DNA of 61,088 nt from an uncultured Verrucomicrobiota bacterium (GCA_964533295.1 CAZHLM010000003.1:34281-95368), one strand, 5' to 3'. Numbered from the stretch's first letter, positions 20,439 through 30,482 are shown. The notes: generated from the letters alone by a model not told the origin. Made by a program: numbers and translations.

Positions 20439-23400
20439 ATGAAACCCGCGTCTGCTAGCACGCCCGCGTCTCCCATGCTTCCGCTGGTCAGGAAGGTCGT
20501 CGTCGCAGGGCTGGTTTTAGGGCTGGGCGCGGCGGCGACCTCTCCCGGCTGGGCTTGGTCCACCCTGCCCGCGCGCACCAACGACACGCCCGGCTTTGTC
20601 CATTTCCCCTCCGCCGCCGACTGGCGCGACATCAACATTTACCACGTCATGACCGATCGCTTCTTCAACGGCGACACCGGCAACGACGCCGCCAACCCGC
20701 GCGGCACCGTTGACTACGCCGACCCCGACAAAATCCACGGGGGCGATTTCCTCGGCGTCCAACAAAAACTCGATTACCTCCAAATGCTCGGGGTGAAAGC
20801 CATCCTGTTGGCGCCGGTGCTGCACAACACCTGGGGCGCCTACCAAGGCTACGGCACCGGTGACTTCAATCAGATTGATCCCCACTGGGGTGGTCTCGCC
20901 GACCTGCGCGCGTTGATTGATGCCGCCCACGCCCGCGGCATGTACGTCTTCCTCGACATGGTCGTCAACCACGCCGCCGACCTGATTGATTCCGCCGACC
21001 CAGGCTACCCGGCCTTTCGGCTCACCCCCGAATACACGCCCCGCTGGAAACCCGAAGTCGGTTCCGTCCGCCACGTCGCGCCGTTTGACACGTTCGACAA
21101 GTTCTACATGCACGGCACGATGGAAAACTGGGACGACCCGATCCAGGCCGAGTTGGGCGATTATCCCGGCCTCGACAGCATTCGCACCACGCTGCCGCAA
21201 GTCCGGCAGGATTTCATCACGATCTACCGCGCCTTGATTGCCGCGACGGATTGCGACGGGTTTCGCGCCGACACCGCCAAACACGTCGAACTGGGCTTTT
21301 GGGACGTGTTCCTGCCGGCGATTGCCAGCGCCACGAGCGGCTTCGGCAAATCCAACTTCCTCATCTTCGCCGAAGCCACCAAGGGCACCGAGCCGGAACT
21401 CGGCGTCTATACGCAAAGCAATCGCTTCAACTCCGCCATCAACTTTCCGCTGCGCGGCACGTTCGACGCCGTGTTCATCGAAAACAGCGACACCGGCCGG
21501 CTCACCCATCATTTCCGCGACGCTCAACTGACCAATTATTCCGCCCGCGCCCGTTACCAACTCGTCAACTTCGTGGACAACCACGACGTCGCCCGCTACG
21601 CCGCCCGCCTCAACAGTCACCTCGACCGGCTCAAACTCGCCCTCACCTATCTCCACACCACCCTGCACATCCCTTACGTGTACTACGGCACCGAGCAGGC
21701 GTTCGACGGCGCCGGCGACCCCGACAATCGCGAAGACATGTTCGATGGTCTCTGGGAATTTGGTCCGTCGCTCGGCGACAACTTCGACTACACCCACCCG
21801 CTCTTCATCCACATCCGCAAACTCAATCTCCTCCGCGACGCCCTTCCCCCACTGCGTCGCGGTGGCTACCTCGAACGCTGGAGCACCTACCAGGCAACCG
21901 GCGGCGCCGGCCTCTACGTCTTCAGCCGCACCAACGGCACCGACGAAGTCGTCATCGCCCTCAACACCACCAACGCCACCCGCTCCGCCGCCAACATCCC
22001 GGTCGGCTACCCTGCCGGCACCCTCCTCCGCAACGTCGAGGATCCCGCCGACATCCTCACCGTCACCACCGGCTCGAACATCGCCGTCACCCTTGCCGGC
22101 TACACCGCCAAAATCTACCACCCCAACCTCCTCAACCTCCCGCCCACCATCCTCGCCCAAGCTCCCGGCCACTCCAGCAACAACATCCCCACCACCGCCA
22201 CGCTCTCGCTGAGCTTCGACAAGCCCGTCAACAAGCCGCTCATCGAAACCAACTTCGCCCTCGACCCGCTCGTCCCCGGCACCTTTGCCTGGTTTGATGG
22301 CGATCGCCGTTTCGTTTTCACCCCGGCCCGCCCGCTCGGCGCCAACACCCGCCACACGATCACCCTCGCCGCCCCTGCCGGGCTGGGCGCAGCCTTCCGT
22401 TCCTTCTTCGACACCACCGGCTACGCCACCCTCGGCGTCGCCGGCAGCTTCAACGGCTGGAACCCCGCCGCCAACAACATGACACTGGTCGCCCCGCATC
22501 TCTGGCGCTACGACACCACGTTCACCAACGCCACCGCCGTCCAATTCAAATTCACCGCCAACGGTTCCTGGGACCTCAACTGGGGCGAAACCAATCAAAC
22601 CAAGTCCACCCCGCCCCTGACCGGCACCGCCGAGTTCTTTGCCCCCAACAACATCACCGTGGCCGGCACCCTCCACGGCCCCTACCGCTTCGAGTTCAAC
22701 GACCAAACCTTCGCCTACTCCCTCGCCGTCCTCGATCCGCCGACCGTTCTCGCCGTCGCGCCCACCAACTCCCAATTCAACGTCCCGCTAACCACCCCCA
22801 TCACCGTCACCTTCAGCAAACCGATGAACCGCCCCGCCACCGAATCCGCCTTCGCGCTCGCCCCGCCTGTCACCGGCACCTTCACCTGGCTCGACGGCGA
22901 CACCCGCCTCGTCTTCACCCCGACCGCGCCCCTGACGATGCACACCACCTACACCCTCACCCTCGGCGTCGGCGCTCTCGCCACCAACGGCCAGGGACTC
23001 ACCGCCCCGCACCAAACCACCTTCGACACCGCCAGCGGCTACACCACCCTGAGCGTGGCCGGCACCTTCAACGGCTTCAACCCCGCCGCCAACAACATGA
23101 CCGTCGTCGGCAAAAACCTCTGGCAATGGGACACCACCTTCCTCAACACCCCCACCATCGCCTTCAAATTCGCCGCCAACGGCAACTGGAACATCAACTG
23201 GGGCGACAACAACCCCACCGGCACCACCATCCCACTGATCGGCACTGGCGAACACTTCGGTGCCGACATCCAAGCCACCGGCCCGCTCCACGGCACCTAC
23301 CGCTTCCTGCTCAACGACCAAACCGGCGCCTTCGCCCTCGTCGTGCCGGGAACCGACAGCGATGGCGACGGCGCGACCGACATGGACGAATTTCTTACCG

Positions 23401-23636
23401 GCACCAACCCCCTCAACGCCGCCGACGCCCTGCGCATCACCAACATCACCGCCCAGGCCGGCCACATCACCATCCAATTCACCACCGCCCCCGGCCGCCG
23501 CTACATCCTCGACACCCAACCACACCCCGCCGCGCCGTGGGTCCCTCTGCTCGGCCCCGCTGCCACCAACCAATTCACTCACCCCGGCGCCACCGTCGAA
23601 ACCAACCGCCTCTACCGGATCCGACTCGCCCCATGA
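20439..23636 (+). CDS. Secreted modular GH13 alpha-amylase-family enzyme with two Ig-like + starch-binding-like repeats and conserved C-terminal module
   Basis: GH13 regions LDMVVNH, GFRADTAKH, IFAEA, FVDNHD; two repeats of Ig-like (LSFDKPVN / VTFSKPMN) plus VAGSFNGWNP / VAGTFNGFNP domain. Start uncertain (20391, 20439 or later). Confidence 0.88.
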   Translation: MKPASASTPASPMLPLVRKVVVAGLVLGLGAAATSPGWAWSTLPARTNDTPGFVHFPSAADWRDINIYHVMTDRFFNGDTGNDAANPRGTVDYADPDKIHGGDFLGVQQKLDYLQMLGVKAILLAPVLHNTWGAYQGYGTGDFNQIDPHWGGLADLRALIDAAHARGMYVFLDMVVNHAADLIDSADPGYPAFRLTPEYTPRWKPEVGSVRHVAPFDTFDKFYMHGTMENWDDPIQAELGDYPGLDSIRTTLPQVRQDFITIYRALIAATDCDGFRADTAKHVELGFWDVFLPAIASATSGFGKSNFLIFAEATKGTEPELGVYTQSNRFNSAINFPLRGTFDAVFIENSDTGRLTHHFRDAQLTNYSARARYQLVNFVDNHDVARYAARLNSHLDRLKLALTYLHTTLHIPYVYYGTEQAFDGAGDPDNREDMFDGLWEFGPSLGDNFDYTHPLFIHIRKLNLLRDALPPLRRGGYLERWSTYQATGGAGLYVFSRTNGTDEVVIALNTTNATRSAANIPVGYPAGTLLRNVEDPADILTVTTGSNIAVTLAGYTAKIYHPNLLNLPPTILAQAPGHSSNNIPTTATLSLSFDKPVNKPLIETNFALDPLVPGTFAWFDGDRRFVFTPARPLGANTRHTITLAAPAGLGAAFRSFFDTTGYATLGVAGSFNGWNPAANNMTLVAPHLWRYDTTFTNATAVQFKFTANGSWDLNWGETNQTKSTPPLTGTAEFFAPNNITVAGTLHGPYRFEFNDQTFAYSLAVLDPPTVLAVAPTNSQFNVPLTTPITVTFSKPMNRPATESAFALAPPVTGTFTWLDGDTRLVFTPTAPLTMHTTYTLTLGVGALATNGQGLTAPHQTTFDTASGYTTLSVAGTFNGFNPAANNMTVVGKNLWQWDTTFLNTPTIAFKFAANGNWNINWGDNNPTGTTIPLIGTGEHFGADIQATGPLHGTYRFLLNDQTGAFALVVPGTDSDGDGATDMDEFLTGTNPLNAADALRITNITAQAGHITIQFTTAPGRRYILDTQPHPAAPWVPLLGPAATNQFTHPGATVETNRLYRIRLAP

Positions 23637-24025
23637 ACCGCCTCCGCCTCCTCGCCTTCCTCGCCCTGGCCGCCACCGCCGTCGCCTTCCCCACCTGGAT
23701 TGGCGTCCCGCCTCCCCTCCAGCGCCACGACGGCAAAAACCCCGGTACATTCACCGTCTGCCTCAATGAAGACTACCGCGGCCTCCGCGCCAACGTCGGC
23801 ATCCAGGTCAACGACGGTCCCTGGCGCGAATTCCCCATGACCGCCGACGGCTCCGTGGCCGGTCATTCCAAATGGACCCACACCCCAAAAGAACCCTTTC
23901 CGCCCGGGGCCACCGTGAAATACTTTTTCCACGGCTGGGACGACTGGGGCGGCAACATCTGGGACACCAACAACGGCCGCAACTACACCTTCCTCGTCCC
24001 CCACCCCGTCTCCACAACGCCCTGA
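23633..24025 (+). CDS. Small secreted carbohydrate-binding-module-like protein
   Basis: Signal peptide, aromatic-rich body, WDTNNGRNY motif seen in starch-binding CBMs; ATGA-coupled to the GH13 gene. Confidence 0.65.
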   Translation: MNRLRLLAFLALAATAVAFPTWIGVPPPLQRHDGKNPGTFTVCLNEDYRGLRANVGIQVNDGPWREFPMTADGSVAGHSKWTHTPKEPFPPGATVKYFFHGWDDWGGNIWDTNNGRNYTFLVPHPVSTTP

Positions 24026-24060
24026 CCTCCCCGCTCCGCCATCCGCCGACCGTCCCGCCC

Positions 24061-25119
24061 TCACTCACGTCCCTTCGCCCGCAACCGCTCCCGCATGTCG
24101 CGGTTCCGTTGCTTCCACTTCGCCTTTTCCTGCAACTGCGCGCGCTGACTCTGCTGCCGTTCCAGGAACGCCAGCTCGCGCTGCAACTTCTGAAAACTCT
24201 CATACCGCTCGCGAGCCAACGACCCCGTCGCCAACGCCGTTTGCACAGCACAACCCGGCTCGGCGTCGTGGCGGCAATCCCGAAACCGACAACTCCGGGC
24301 CAACGCCTCAATCTCATCAAACGCCATCGCCAACCCCGACTCATCCGACCACAACTGCAACTCGCGCATCCCCGGATTATCAATAATCAACGCGCCCCCC
24401 GGCAACCGCACCAACTCGCGATGCGACGTGGTGTGCCGGCCGCGACTGTCCCCCGCCCGCACCGACCCGGTCGCCAACCGCTCCTCGCCAAGCAGCCGGT
24501 TGATCAGCGTGGATTTTCCCGCCCCCGATGACCCCACCAACGCGATGGTCCGACCGGGGCGCAGGTACGGCAGCACCGCCTCCACTCCATCGCCGTGCTG
24601 CGCCGCGATCAGATGCACCGCCACCCCGGCCGCCAACCGCTCGATCTCCGCCGCCCGCGCGGCGGCATCGGCGCACACATCACGCTTATTCAGCAGGATC
24701 ACCGGCCTTGCGCCGCTGTCCCATGCCGGCGGCAGATACCGTTCGATGCGCCGCGGATTGTAGTCCCCGTCCAATCCGCAGACGATGAACAACGTGTCCA
24801 CATTGGCGGCCACAACCTGTTCTTCGGTGAGTTCACCGGGATGCTTGCGGGAAAACCGACTGCGACGCGGCAACACCGCTTGAATCACCGCCTCCTGCTC
24901 CACCGCCACCCAGTCTCCCACCGCCGGGTAATCGGCCCGACTCGCCGCCTGGTGCCGAAACTTGCCGGACGTCTCCGCGTGAAGCTCGCCCGCCGCCCCG
25001 ACCACCGTGTACACGCCCCGCGCGGTCCGCACCACGCGCGCCGGTGTCCACGTCGGCTGCTGCAACGCGGCAAACGTCGCGCCCCACGCCTCGTCCCAAC
25101 CCCAATCCGCCAGACTCAT
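24061..25119 (-). CDS. rsgA: Ribosome small subunit-dependent GTPase A
   Basis: VAANVD, LNKRD, GSSGAGKS, GRHTT, DNPG and CRFRDCRHDAEPGC Zn site. Confidence 0.95.
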   Translation of the reverse strand: MSLADWGWDEAWGATFAALQQPTWTPARVVRTARGVYTVVGAAGELHAETSGKFRHQAASRADYPAVGDWVAVEQEAVIQAVLPRRSRFSRKHPGELTEEQVVAANVDTLFIVCGLDGDYNPRRIERYLPPAWDSGARPVILLNKRDVCADAAARAAEIERLAAGVAVHLIAAQHGDGVEAVLPYLRPGRTIALVGSSGAGKSTLINRLLGEERLATGSVRAGDSRGRHTTSHRELVRLPGGALIIDNPGMRELQLWSDESGLAMAFDEIEALARSCRFRDCRHDAEPGCAVQTALATGSLARERYESFQKLQRELAFLERQQSQRAQLQEKAKWKQRNRDMRERLRAKGRE

Positions 25120-25877
25120 GAGGAGGGTCGCAGTACGCGAATCCGGTCGCGCAGCTCGGCGGCGCGCTCGAACTGCTGCTCGGCCACCGCCGTCCGCAAG
25201 GCCCGCTCCAGCCGTTCCAATTCACTCAAGGGGCGGGTGATCTCAATCTGCTCTGCCAACTCACGGAGCGCCTGCAGCGACCGGTCGCGTTCGAACTTAA
25301 ACGTCTCGTCGTCCAACTCCGGCAACGCCTCGATCCGTTCGCTGGCCCGCCGCACAATCGCCAACGCAGCCGCGTGATGCTCGCGATCCCACTCGATCAT
25401 CGCCGCCGCAATCGCGTTCATGCGCAGAACGTAGGGGCGCCATTGCTCCAAATGCAACCGGTCTTCGCGACGGTGGGCATACTGCCGTACCAGATCGAAC
25501 AGCCCGATGTTGCGATGCGTGTCCCGCACGACCCGCGGCCAGTCCTTGATCTGGAACAGATGCAGATACCGGTAGTAATACAGCACCGCTTCCGTGAACA
25601 ACTCCGCGCATTCCTCGGCGCTGAGCCGAAACGCCGCCTCCCGGCCGGCCGCGCGCGCCGCTTCCAACCGCTGAAGCTGATGAACCAGCGCCGACTCGAC
25701 GCCGTACGGCCGCGCGCCATCGGGACGCCCCTCCAACTCGTACTGCTCGATGCCCATCGGCGTGCGGACCTGCATCACCTCCCGCCCATCCGCGCCGTGC
25801 GCCAAACGCACATGGTCGTCGGGATCAAACGGCCACGCCCGCAACACGTCCCGCAAATCAGGTTTGGGATCCTTCAC
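25116..25877 (-). CDS. UVR (UvrB/UvrC) motif-containing protein of unknown function
   Basis: Helical protein ending in LRTAVAEQQFERAAELRDRIR UVR motif; GTG start. Confidence 0.8.
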   Translation of the reverse strand: MKDPKPDLRDVLRAWPFDPDDHVRLAHGADGREVMQVRTPMGIEQYELEGRPDGARPYGVESALVHQLQRLEAARAAGREAAFRLSAEECAELFTEAVLYYYRYLHLFQIKDWPRVVRDTHRNIGLFDLVRQYAHRREDRLHLEQWRPYVLRMNAIAAAMIEWDREHHAAALAIVRRASERIEALPELDDETFKFERDRSLQALRELAEQIEITRPLSELERLERALRTAVAEQQFERAAELRDRIRVLRPSS

Positions 25878-25917
25878 ACCGGCAGGCTAGACCACGCCCC
25901 CGCGAAACGCAAGCCAC

Positions 25918-27144
25918 CTACGCATCCAGTCGCAGGCTCGCGTACGTCACCACCGAATTCGTCTCCGCCTCGTAGCTCTGATCGTAATGCAACAGCCGGC
26001 CATCGCTGACCAAGCACCCATGCAGCAGCGTGTACAACGTCGGCCACGCATCCACCCGCCGCCGGTCCTCCTCCTGGTAGATGAACCGCAACAACTCCGG
26101 CGCGTCGCACGCCTCGACCAGCGACAACATCCGCCGATCCTCGATTTCCAACTGCCGCCGCACCTCGTCGTTGACCGTGAACTCATCGCCAAATCGCCCG
26201 CCCACATGCGCCAGGTCCACGCTCGCCACCACACACACCCGCCGGCCCGATTCCGCGATCGTCTCGCGCAACGCCTTTACGAATGCCGCCACTTGCCGGT
26301 CGGCCAGCGGATCCTGGCCGGCCTCCAGCAAATCGTGAAACGAACCGGTCAGCAACGGCGCCATCCGAAACGACCCCGCCAGAGCGTGCCGCGCGTACAC
26401 CGCCTGAAACTCCACCGAATGTTCCCGCCGATGCGCCAACTCGTCGGCGAACAAATCAAACGGCAGCTTCCCGGCCAGCGCCTCCAAGAACTCCACGTCC
26501 GTCGCCACCGTTCCCAACGGCGTCGCAAAATCCTTTCGCGTCCCCACAAACCGGTTTTTCGTCGGCGCATGCGCCACACCCAGCACCACCAACGTGTCCA
26601 ACGCCGGTTGCCGGCCCAGTTGCGCGTACGCCCACGCAAAGGCCGGTCCGCCGCGCCGCAAATCAATATGCGGAACCACCAGCGCCACCGGCAGCTTGCC
26701 CGGCGCCGCGCCATTCGCCCCGGGTCCCTGGGGCGGTTCCCAATGCCTCGCAAACACGCGCCGAATCCCCGCCGCCGTGGCCGGATACGACTGGCCAGCG
26801 TGCGCCGCGGACCGATGCGGGGCTTGCCGGTACCGTTCCAATTCCGCCGCCACATGCGCCGCCAACCGCGGACTGTCCAACCACAACGCCTCGTCCAGCT
26901 CCCGAATGAATTTCTCGATCGCCCCCACCGCCACGGTCTGCCCGGTCACCTGCTTCACCCGTCTCTGAATCTGCGCCACGGTGTGTTTTCCGTCCAGACA
27001 CTGCAACACCACGCCGGCCGACGCCGCCACGGCCATCACCTGGTCGGTCAATCCCTGCGGATCGCGCAAGCAGAGCACCTCCCGCCCGCCGTCCCGCGCC
27101 GGGAAAATTTCCACCGCCCGCAACCGGGGTCGTTCCACGCTCAT
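25918..27144 (-). CDS. amrB: MEMO1-family (AmmeMemoRadiSam protein B) long form with N-terminal extension
   Basis: AHAGQSYP, VVPHIDLRRG, HRREHSVEFQ, ASVDLAHVG; start reassigned to ATG 27144. Confidence 0.88.
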   Translation of the reverse strand: MSVERPRLRAVEIFPARDGGREVLCLRDPQGLTDQVMAVAASAGVVLQCLDGKHTVAQIQRRVKQVTGQTVAVGAIEKFIRELDEALWLDSPRLAAHVAAELERYRQAPHRSAAHAGQSYPATAAGIRRVFARHWEPPQGPGANGAAPGKLPVALVVPHIDLRRGGPAFAWAYAQLGRQPALDTLVVLGVAHAPTKNRFVGTRKDFATPLGTVATDVEFLEALAGKLPFDLFADELAHRREHSVEFQAVYARHALAGSFRMAPLLTGSFHDLLEAGQDPLADRQVAAFVKALRETIAESGRRVCVVASVDLAHVGGRFGDEFTVNDEVRRQLEIEDRRMLSLVEACDAPELLRFIYQEEDRRRVDAWPTLYTLLHGCLVSDGRLLHYDQSYEAETNSVVTYASLRLDA

Positions 27145-27204
27145 CGGCACCCATCGTAGCACGGCTCGACACCCTTCCGCCATTCTGCTAATCAACCTCC
27201 GCTC

Positions 27205-28242
27205 ATGAAACTGCGTCAGGAACTGCTCGGCCGCGCCCGCCGCCTGGTCATCAAAGTCGGCACCGGCCTACTGACCGACGCGCAAAACCGGGTCTCCCGC
27301 CCGCAGATGGCCGATCTGGTCGCCCAACTGGCCGCGCTCCACGCCGCGGGCAAGCAGGTCATCCTCGTCTCCTCGGGCGCCATCGGCGCCGGCATGGCCC
27401 AACTCGGATGTCACAAGCGCCCCACGCGCCTCGACGAACTGCAAGCCGCCGCCGCCATCGGCCAAAGCAAGCTGATGGCGATTTACGATGAACTGTTTGG
27501 CGCGCACGACATCACCGTCGCCCAAATTCTTCTGACCCATGCCGACCTCAAAGACCGCTCCCGCCATCTCAACGCCCAAAACACCCTCACCACCCTCCTC
27601 GCCCGGCGCGTCCTGCCCATCATCAACGAAAACGACACCGTCTCGGTGGACGAAATCAAGTTTGGCGACAACGACCGGCTCGGCGCCCTGACCGCCACAT
27701 TGATGGATGCGGATCTGCTGGTGATTCTCTCACACGTCGAAGGCTTGCTCGACCGCACCGGCCAACGCATCCCCCTCGTCCCCACCGTCACGCGCGAAAT
27801 CGAAGCCCTGGCGGGCGGCACCGACCGTGTCACCAGCGTCGGCGGCATGAAATCAAAACTCGAAGCCGCCAAAATCGTCACCCGCAGCGGCGCGCCCATG
27901 ATCATCGCCCGCGGCGACCAACCGGACGTGCTGGCCCGAATCCTGGCCGGCGACGAGATCGGCACGTTGTTCCTGCCCGCCGACACCCGGCTGGCCCACC
28001 GCAAACGCTGGATCGCCTTCTTTCAACGTCCCACCGGGGCCTTGATTGTGGATGACGGCGCCCGCCGCGCGGTTCGCGAAGCCGGCAAAAGCCTGCTGGC
28101 CAAAGGCATTCTTCGCGCCGAAGGCGACTGCACCCCGGGCACCGTCGTCAGCATTCGCGACACGACCGGTCAGGAATTCGCCCGCGGCCTGCTGCGCGCC
28201 GGCAACATCCGCGTCCACCGCGACGACCTCGCCTTGCTCTAA
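27205..28242 (+). CDS. proB: Glutamate 5-kinase
   Basis: VIKVGT, VSSGAIGAG, AAIGQ, PIINEND, FGDNDRL, shortened PUA domain. Confidence 0.96.
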   Translation: MKLRQELLGRARRLVIKVGTGLLTDAQNRVSRPQMADLVAQLAALHAAGKQVILVSSGAIGAGMAQLGCHKRPTRLDELQAAAAIGQSKLMAIYDELFGAHDITVAQILLTHADLKDRSRHLNAQNTLTTLLARRVLPIINENDTVSVDEIKFGDNDRLGALTATLMDADLLVILSHVEGLLDRTGQRIPLVPTVTREIEALAGGTDRVTSVGGMKSKLEAAKIVTRSGAPMIIARGDQPDVLARILAGDEIGTLFLPADTRLAHRKRWIAFFQRPTGALIVDDGARRAVREAGKSLLAKGILRAEGDCTPGTVVSIRDTTGQEFARGLLRAGNIRVHRDDLALL

Positions 28243-28323
28243 CCGCCCCGATTCACCCCGGGGAAACCGTCCCCTGGCCGCACTGTCGTCCCGCCCCGCC
28301 CCCCAACCCTCTGCTCCTTTCGG

Positions 28324-28359
28324 TGCACGACTTTGTAACAATTGTTACAATGTTATGCA
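28324..28359. repeat. AT-rich inverted repeat with perfect 18-bp core TTGTAACAATTGTTACAA
   Basis: Core at 28333-28350 is its own reverse complement; TGCA arms at 28324-27/28356-59 share the same centre. Confidence 0.8.
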
Positions 28360-28460
28360 AAGCAGGAGCGAACGGGTTCCCGCGCGTGGTTGCGTCGCGA
28401 TTCGCTGGCGGATGGCGCGGAGGGTTCGAGGCGCGGGCCTTCCGCTGTCTCGTGTTCGGT

Positions 28461-30398
28461 TCAGGGAACAACACGTACCCGGTAGAACTGGTTGGTCAGC
28501 AGCGCGCCGCCACTGTGCCGGTAGTTGGTGCTGGTGGTGGTGGTAAAAATCTGGCCGCTCAGGTTCGTGAACACGCCACCGCCGAGTTCCCCGGTGTGTT
28601 GGACGATGTTGGTCCGCGCGAGCGCCGTCTGCCACGTCACGTGGATGTCGTTTCCGATCCGCTCGATCGCGGTAATTCGCAGCAGCGAATCGGGGTCGGT
28701 CGGATCGGTGCCGGCGCGGAATTCCGCGCCGTCGGTCTGACCGTCGCCGTCCGCATCCTCGTCGGCGCTGGGTCGCAACGGCGGCAGGCCGTAGAGTTGT
28801 TCCCAGTCATTCGGCAGAGCATCTCCGTCGGCATCCAGCCCCGGAGTCAACACCACCGCGCCCGTGGTCAAGGCGCCGCCGCTCCAGATGAACCGCGCGC
28901 AGGAGTTGGTCACGACGAGCCGGTCAACGTGGAGAGTGCCGCCGCCGAGCGTGAAGGTTCCGGTCTGCACATTCAACGGCGCGGTCCCGGTGGCGTTGGT
29001 CACCACCACATCGCCGCCGGTTTGGTGGACCAAGCCGGTGGCCGTACAGGCGGCGTTGCCGAGGAGGAAATGTTCAAGCGCGCGAATCGAACCACCGGCG
29101 ATCGTGAACGTGCCGACCGAGCCGGCTTGGGTGCCGGCTTGCAGGCGGCGGGTACGGATGACGCCGTTGGAAACGGTCAATTCGCCCGCGCCACCGTAGC
29201 CGACGATGACATGGCCGTTGGAGTTGGTGGCCAGCAACTGACCACCGGTGATCCATGCGGCGGCGGTCGCGCCCGGGCCGTCGCCGATGCCGTAGCCGTT
29301 GGCGCAAACCAGCACGCCGTTGGTCAGCCGCAACGTCCCGCGCGTACCGGCCTGGAAGCCGAGGCTCAGGTCCGGCAAGGCCACCGTTCCGCCCTGCACC
29401 GTCAACGTTCCCTCGCCCGTCTGGCCGACGATGGCGACGCCGTTACTGATGCCGACCTGCCCGGCGCTGACGATCAGGTGCCCGTCCACGAACAAACCGG
29501 TATCACTGGTGACGGTGGCGGGTGAGTTGGTAAGCACGACCTGGCCGCCGGTCAGCCAGACCGCACCGCTGCCACCATTCCCGCCCACTTCGAGAAGCGG
29601 ACCGGCGGCAAACGTGCCACCGCGCACCGTCAGTGTGCCGGTTCCCCCCGACCGACCGATATCCACCCAGTACGCCGCCACCAACCCGTTCGACAACGTC
29701 AATTGTCCGGAGCCCGTCAGGCCAATGAGCAACTCGGCGCTGAGGTTGGTGTTCAGCAACGAACCGCCGGTGACCCAGACCATGCCCGTCCCTGTGCCTG
29801 CCGCGGGCACCTGGCACTTTCGTTCCACCTCAACGCGCCCGCTCGAGATCGTGAGTGTGGACGGCGGGCGCAGGCTGATGCCCAGGGTGCGCGTCGCCAG
29901 CGTGCCTCCGCGCACCTGAACGGCCACGGGATTGACGCCGCCGAGCTGAGTGGTTCCCAACGGGACGCGCAACACGCCCCCCTCCCGAAACTCCACCAAC
30001 CCATCCACGTCGGCTCGGCCCTGGACCTGCACGACGCCATTGGTCAGCCGCAACGCGCTGGCGGTGGCCATGGTCAGGTTGCTGCGAATCAACAGCGGGA
30101 CCAGCGCCCCCGAGTTCGCCACGGCCAGCGTGTTCGTTGCGCCACCAACTCCCACGATAACCAAATTGCTAATTGTCAACGTCTGCGGATGAAACTGCGC
30201 CGTCACATCATCAATCGTCACCGTCTTGGTGAAGGCGTTGCCGATTCGACAGACCGCCTGCGTCGCCGCCGGCAACCCCTGCGACCAGTTCGCTGCCACG
30301 TCCCAGAAGCCACTGCCCGTATTGACCCAGTTATTCGTCTGCGCCCCCACCCCAGCGGCGCCGAGAAGCATCGCTCCGATGATCCACCACCTGTGCAT
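28461..30398 (-). CDS. Secreted beta-strand repeat protein (T5SS/PEP-CTERM-associated-repeat-like) with conserved C-terminal module
   Basis: Start reassigned to ATG 30398 (signal peptide MHRWWIIGAMLLGAAGVGA); repeated G-x-G-x-L-T-[LV]-x-x-G units; DxDGD tail. Confidence 0.78.
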   Translation of the reverse strand: MHRWWIIGAMLLGAAGVGAQTNNWVNTGSGFWDVAANWSQGLPAATQAVCRIGNAFTKTVTIDDVTAQFHPQTLTISNLVIVGVGGATNTLAVANSGALVPLLIRSNLTMATASALRLTNGVVQVQGRADVDGLVEFREGGVLRVPLGTTQLGGVNPVAVQVRGGTLATRTLGISLRPPSTLTISSGRVEVERKCQVPAAGTGTGMVWVTGGSLLNTNLSAELLIGLTGSGQLTLSNGLVAAYWVDIGRSGGTGTLTVRGGTFAAGPLLEVGGNGGSGAVWLTGGQVVLTNSPATVTSDTGLFVDGHLIVSAGQVGISNGVAIVGQTGEGTLTVQGGTVALPDLSLGFQAGTRGTLRLTNGVLVCANGYGIGDGPGATAAAWITGGQLLATNSNGHVIVGYGGAGELTVSNGVIRTRRLQAGTQAGSVGTFTIAGGSIRALEHFLLGNAACTATGLVHQTGGDVVVTNATGTAPLNVQTGTFTLGGGTLHVDRLVVTNSCARFIWSGGALTTGAVVLTPGLDADGDALPNDWEQLYGLPPLRPSADEDADGDGQTDGAEFRAGTDPTDPDSLLRITAIERIGNDIHVTWQTALARTNIVQHTGELGGGVFTNLSGQIFTTTTSTNYRHSGGALLTNQFYRVRVVP

Positions 30399-30445
30399 GC
30401 CCGTCCCCCTACCAAATTTTCGTGCGCCGGGCGAGCAGACTTTCC

Positions 30446-30473
30446 TTGCAAATCCCGCCGCGCCGCCTACCAT
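30446..30473 (+). promoter_or_regulatory. Putative sigma70 promoter for ispA
   Basis: TTGCAA (30446-51), 16 nt spacer, TACCAT (30468-73), 9 nt before the GTG start. Confidence 0.45.
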
Positions 30474-30482
30474 CCGCGCTCC

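Noticed and set aside
28322-28360. Possible dif site (begins GGTGC, contains ATGTTA)
   Set aside because: Spacing and the XerD arm do not match the 11-6-11 dif layout.
28395-28430. tRNA-like GGTTCGA T-loop
   Set aside because: No cloverleaf, acceptor stem or D-arm can be formed.
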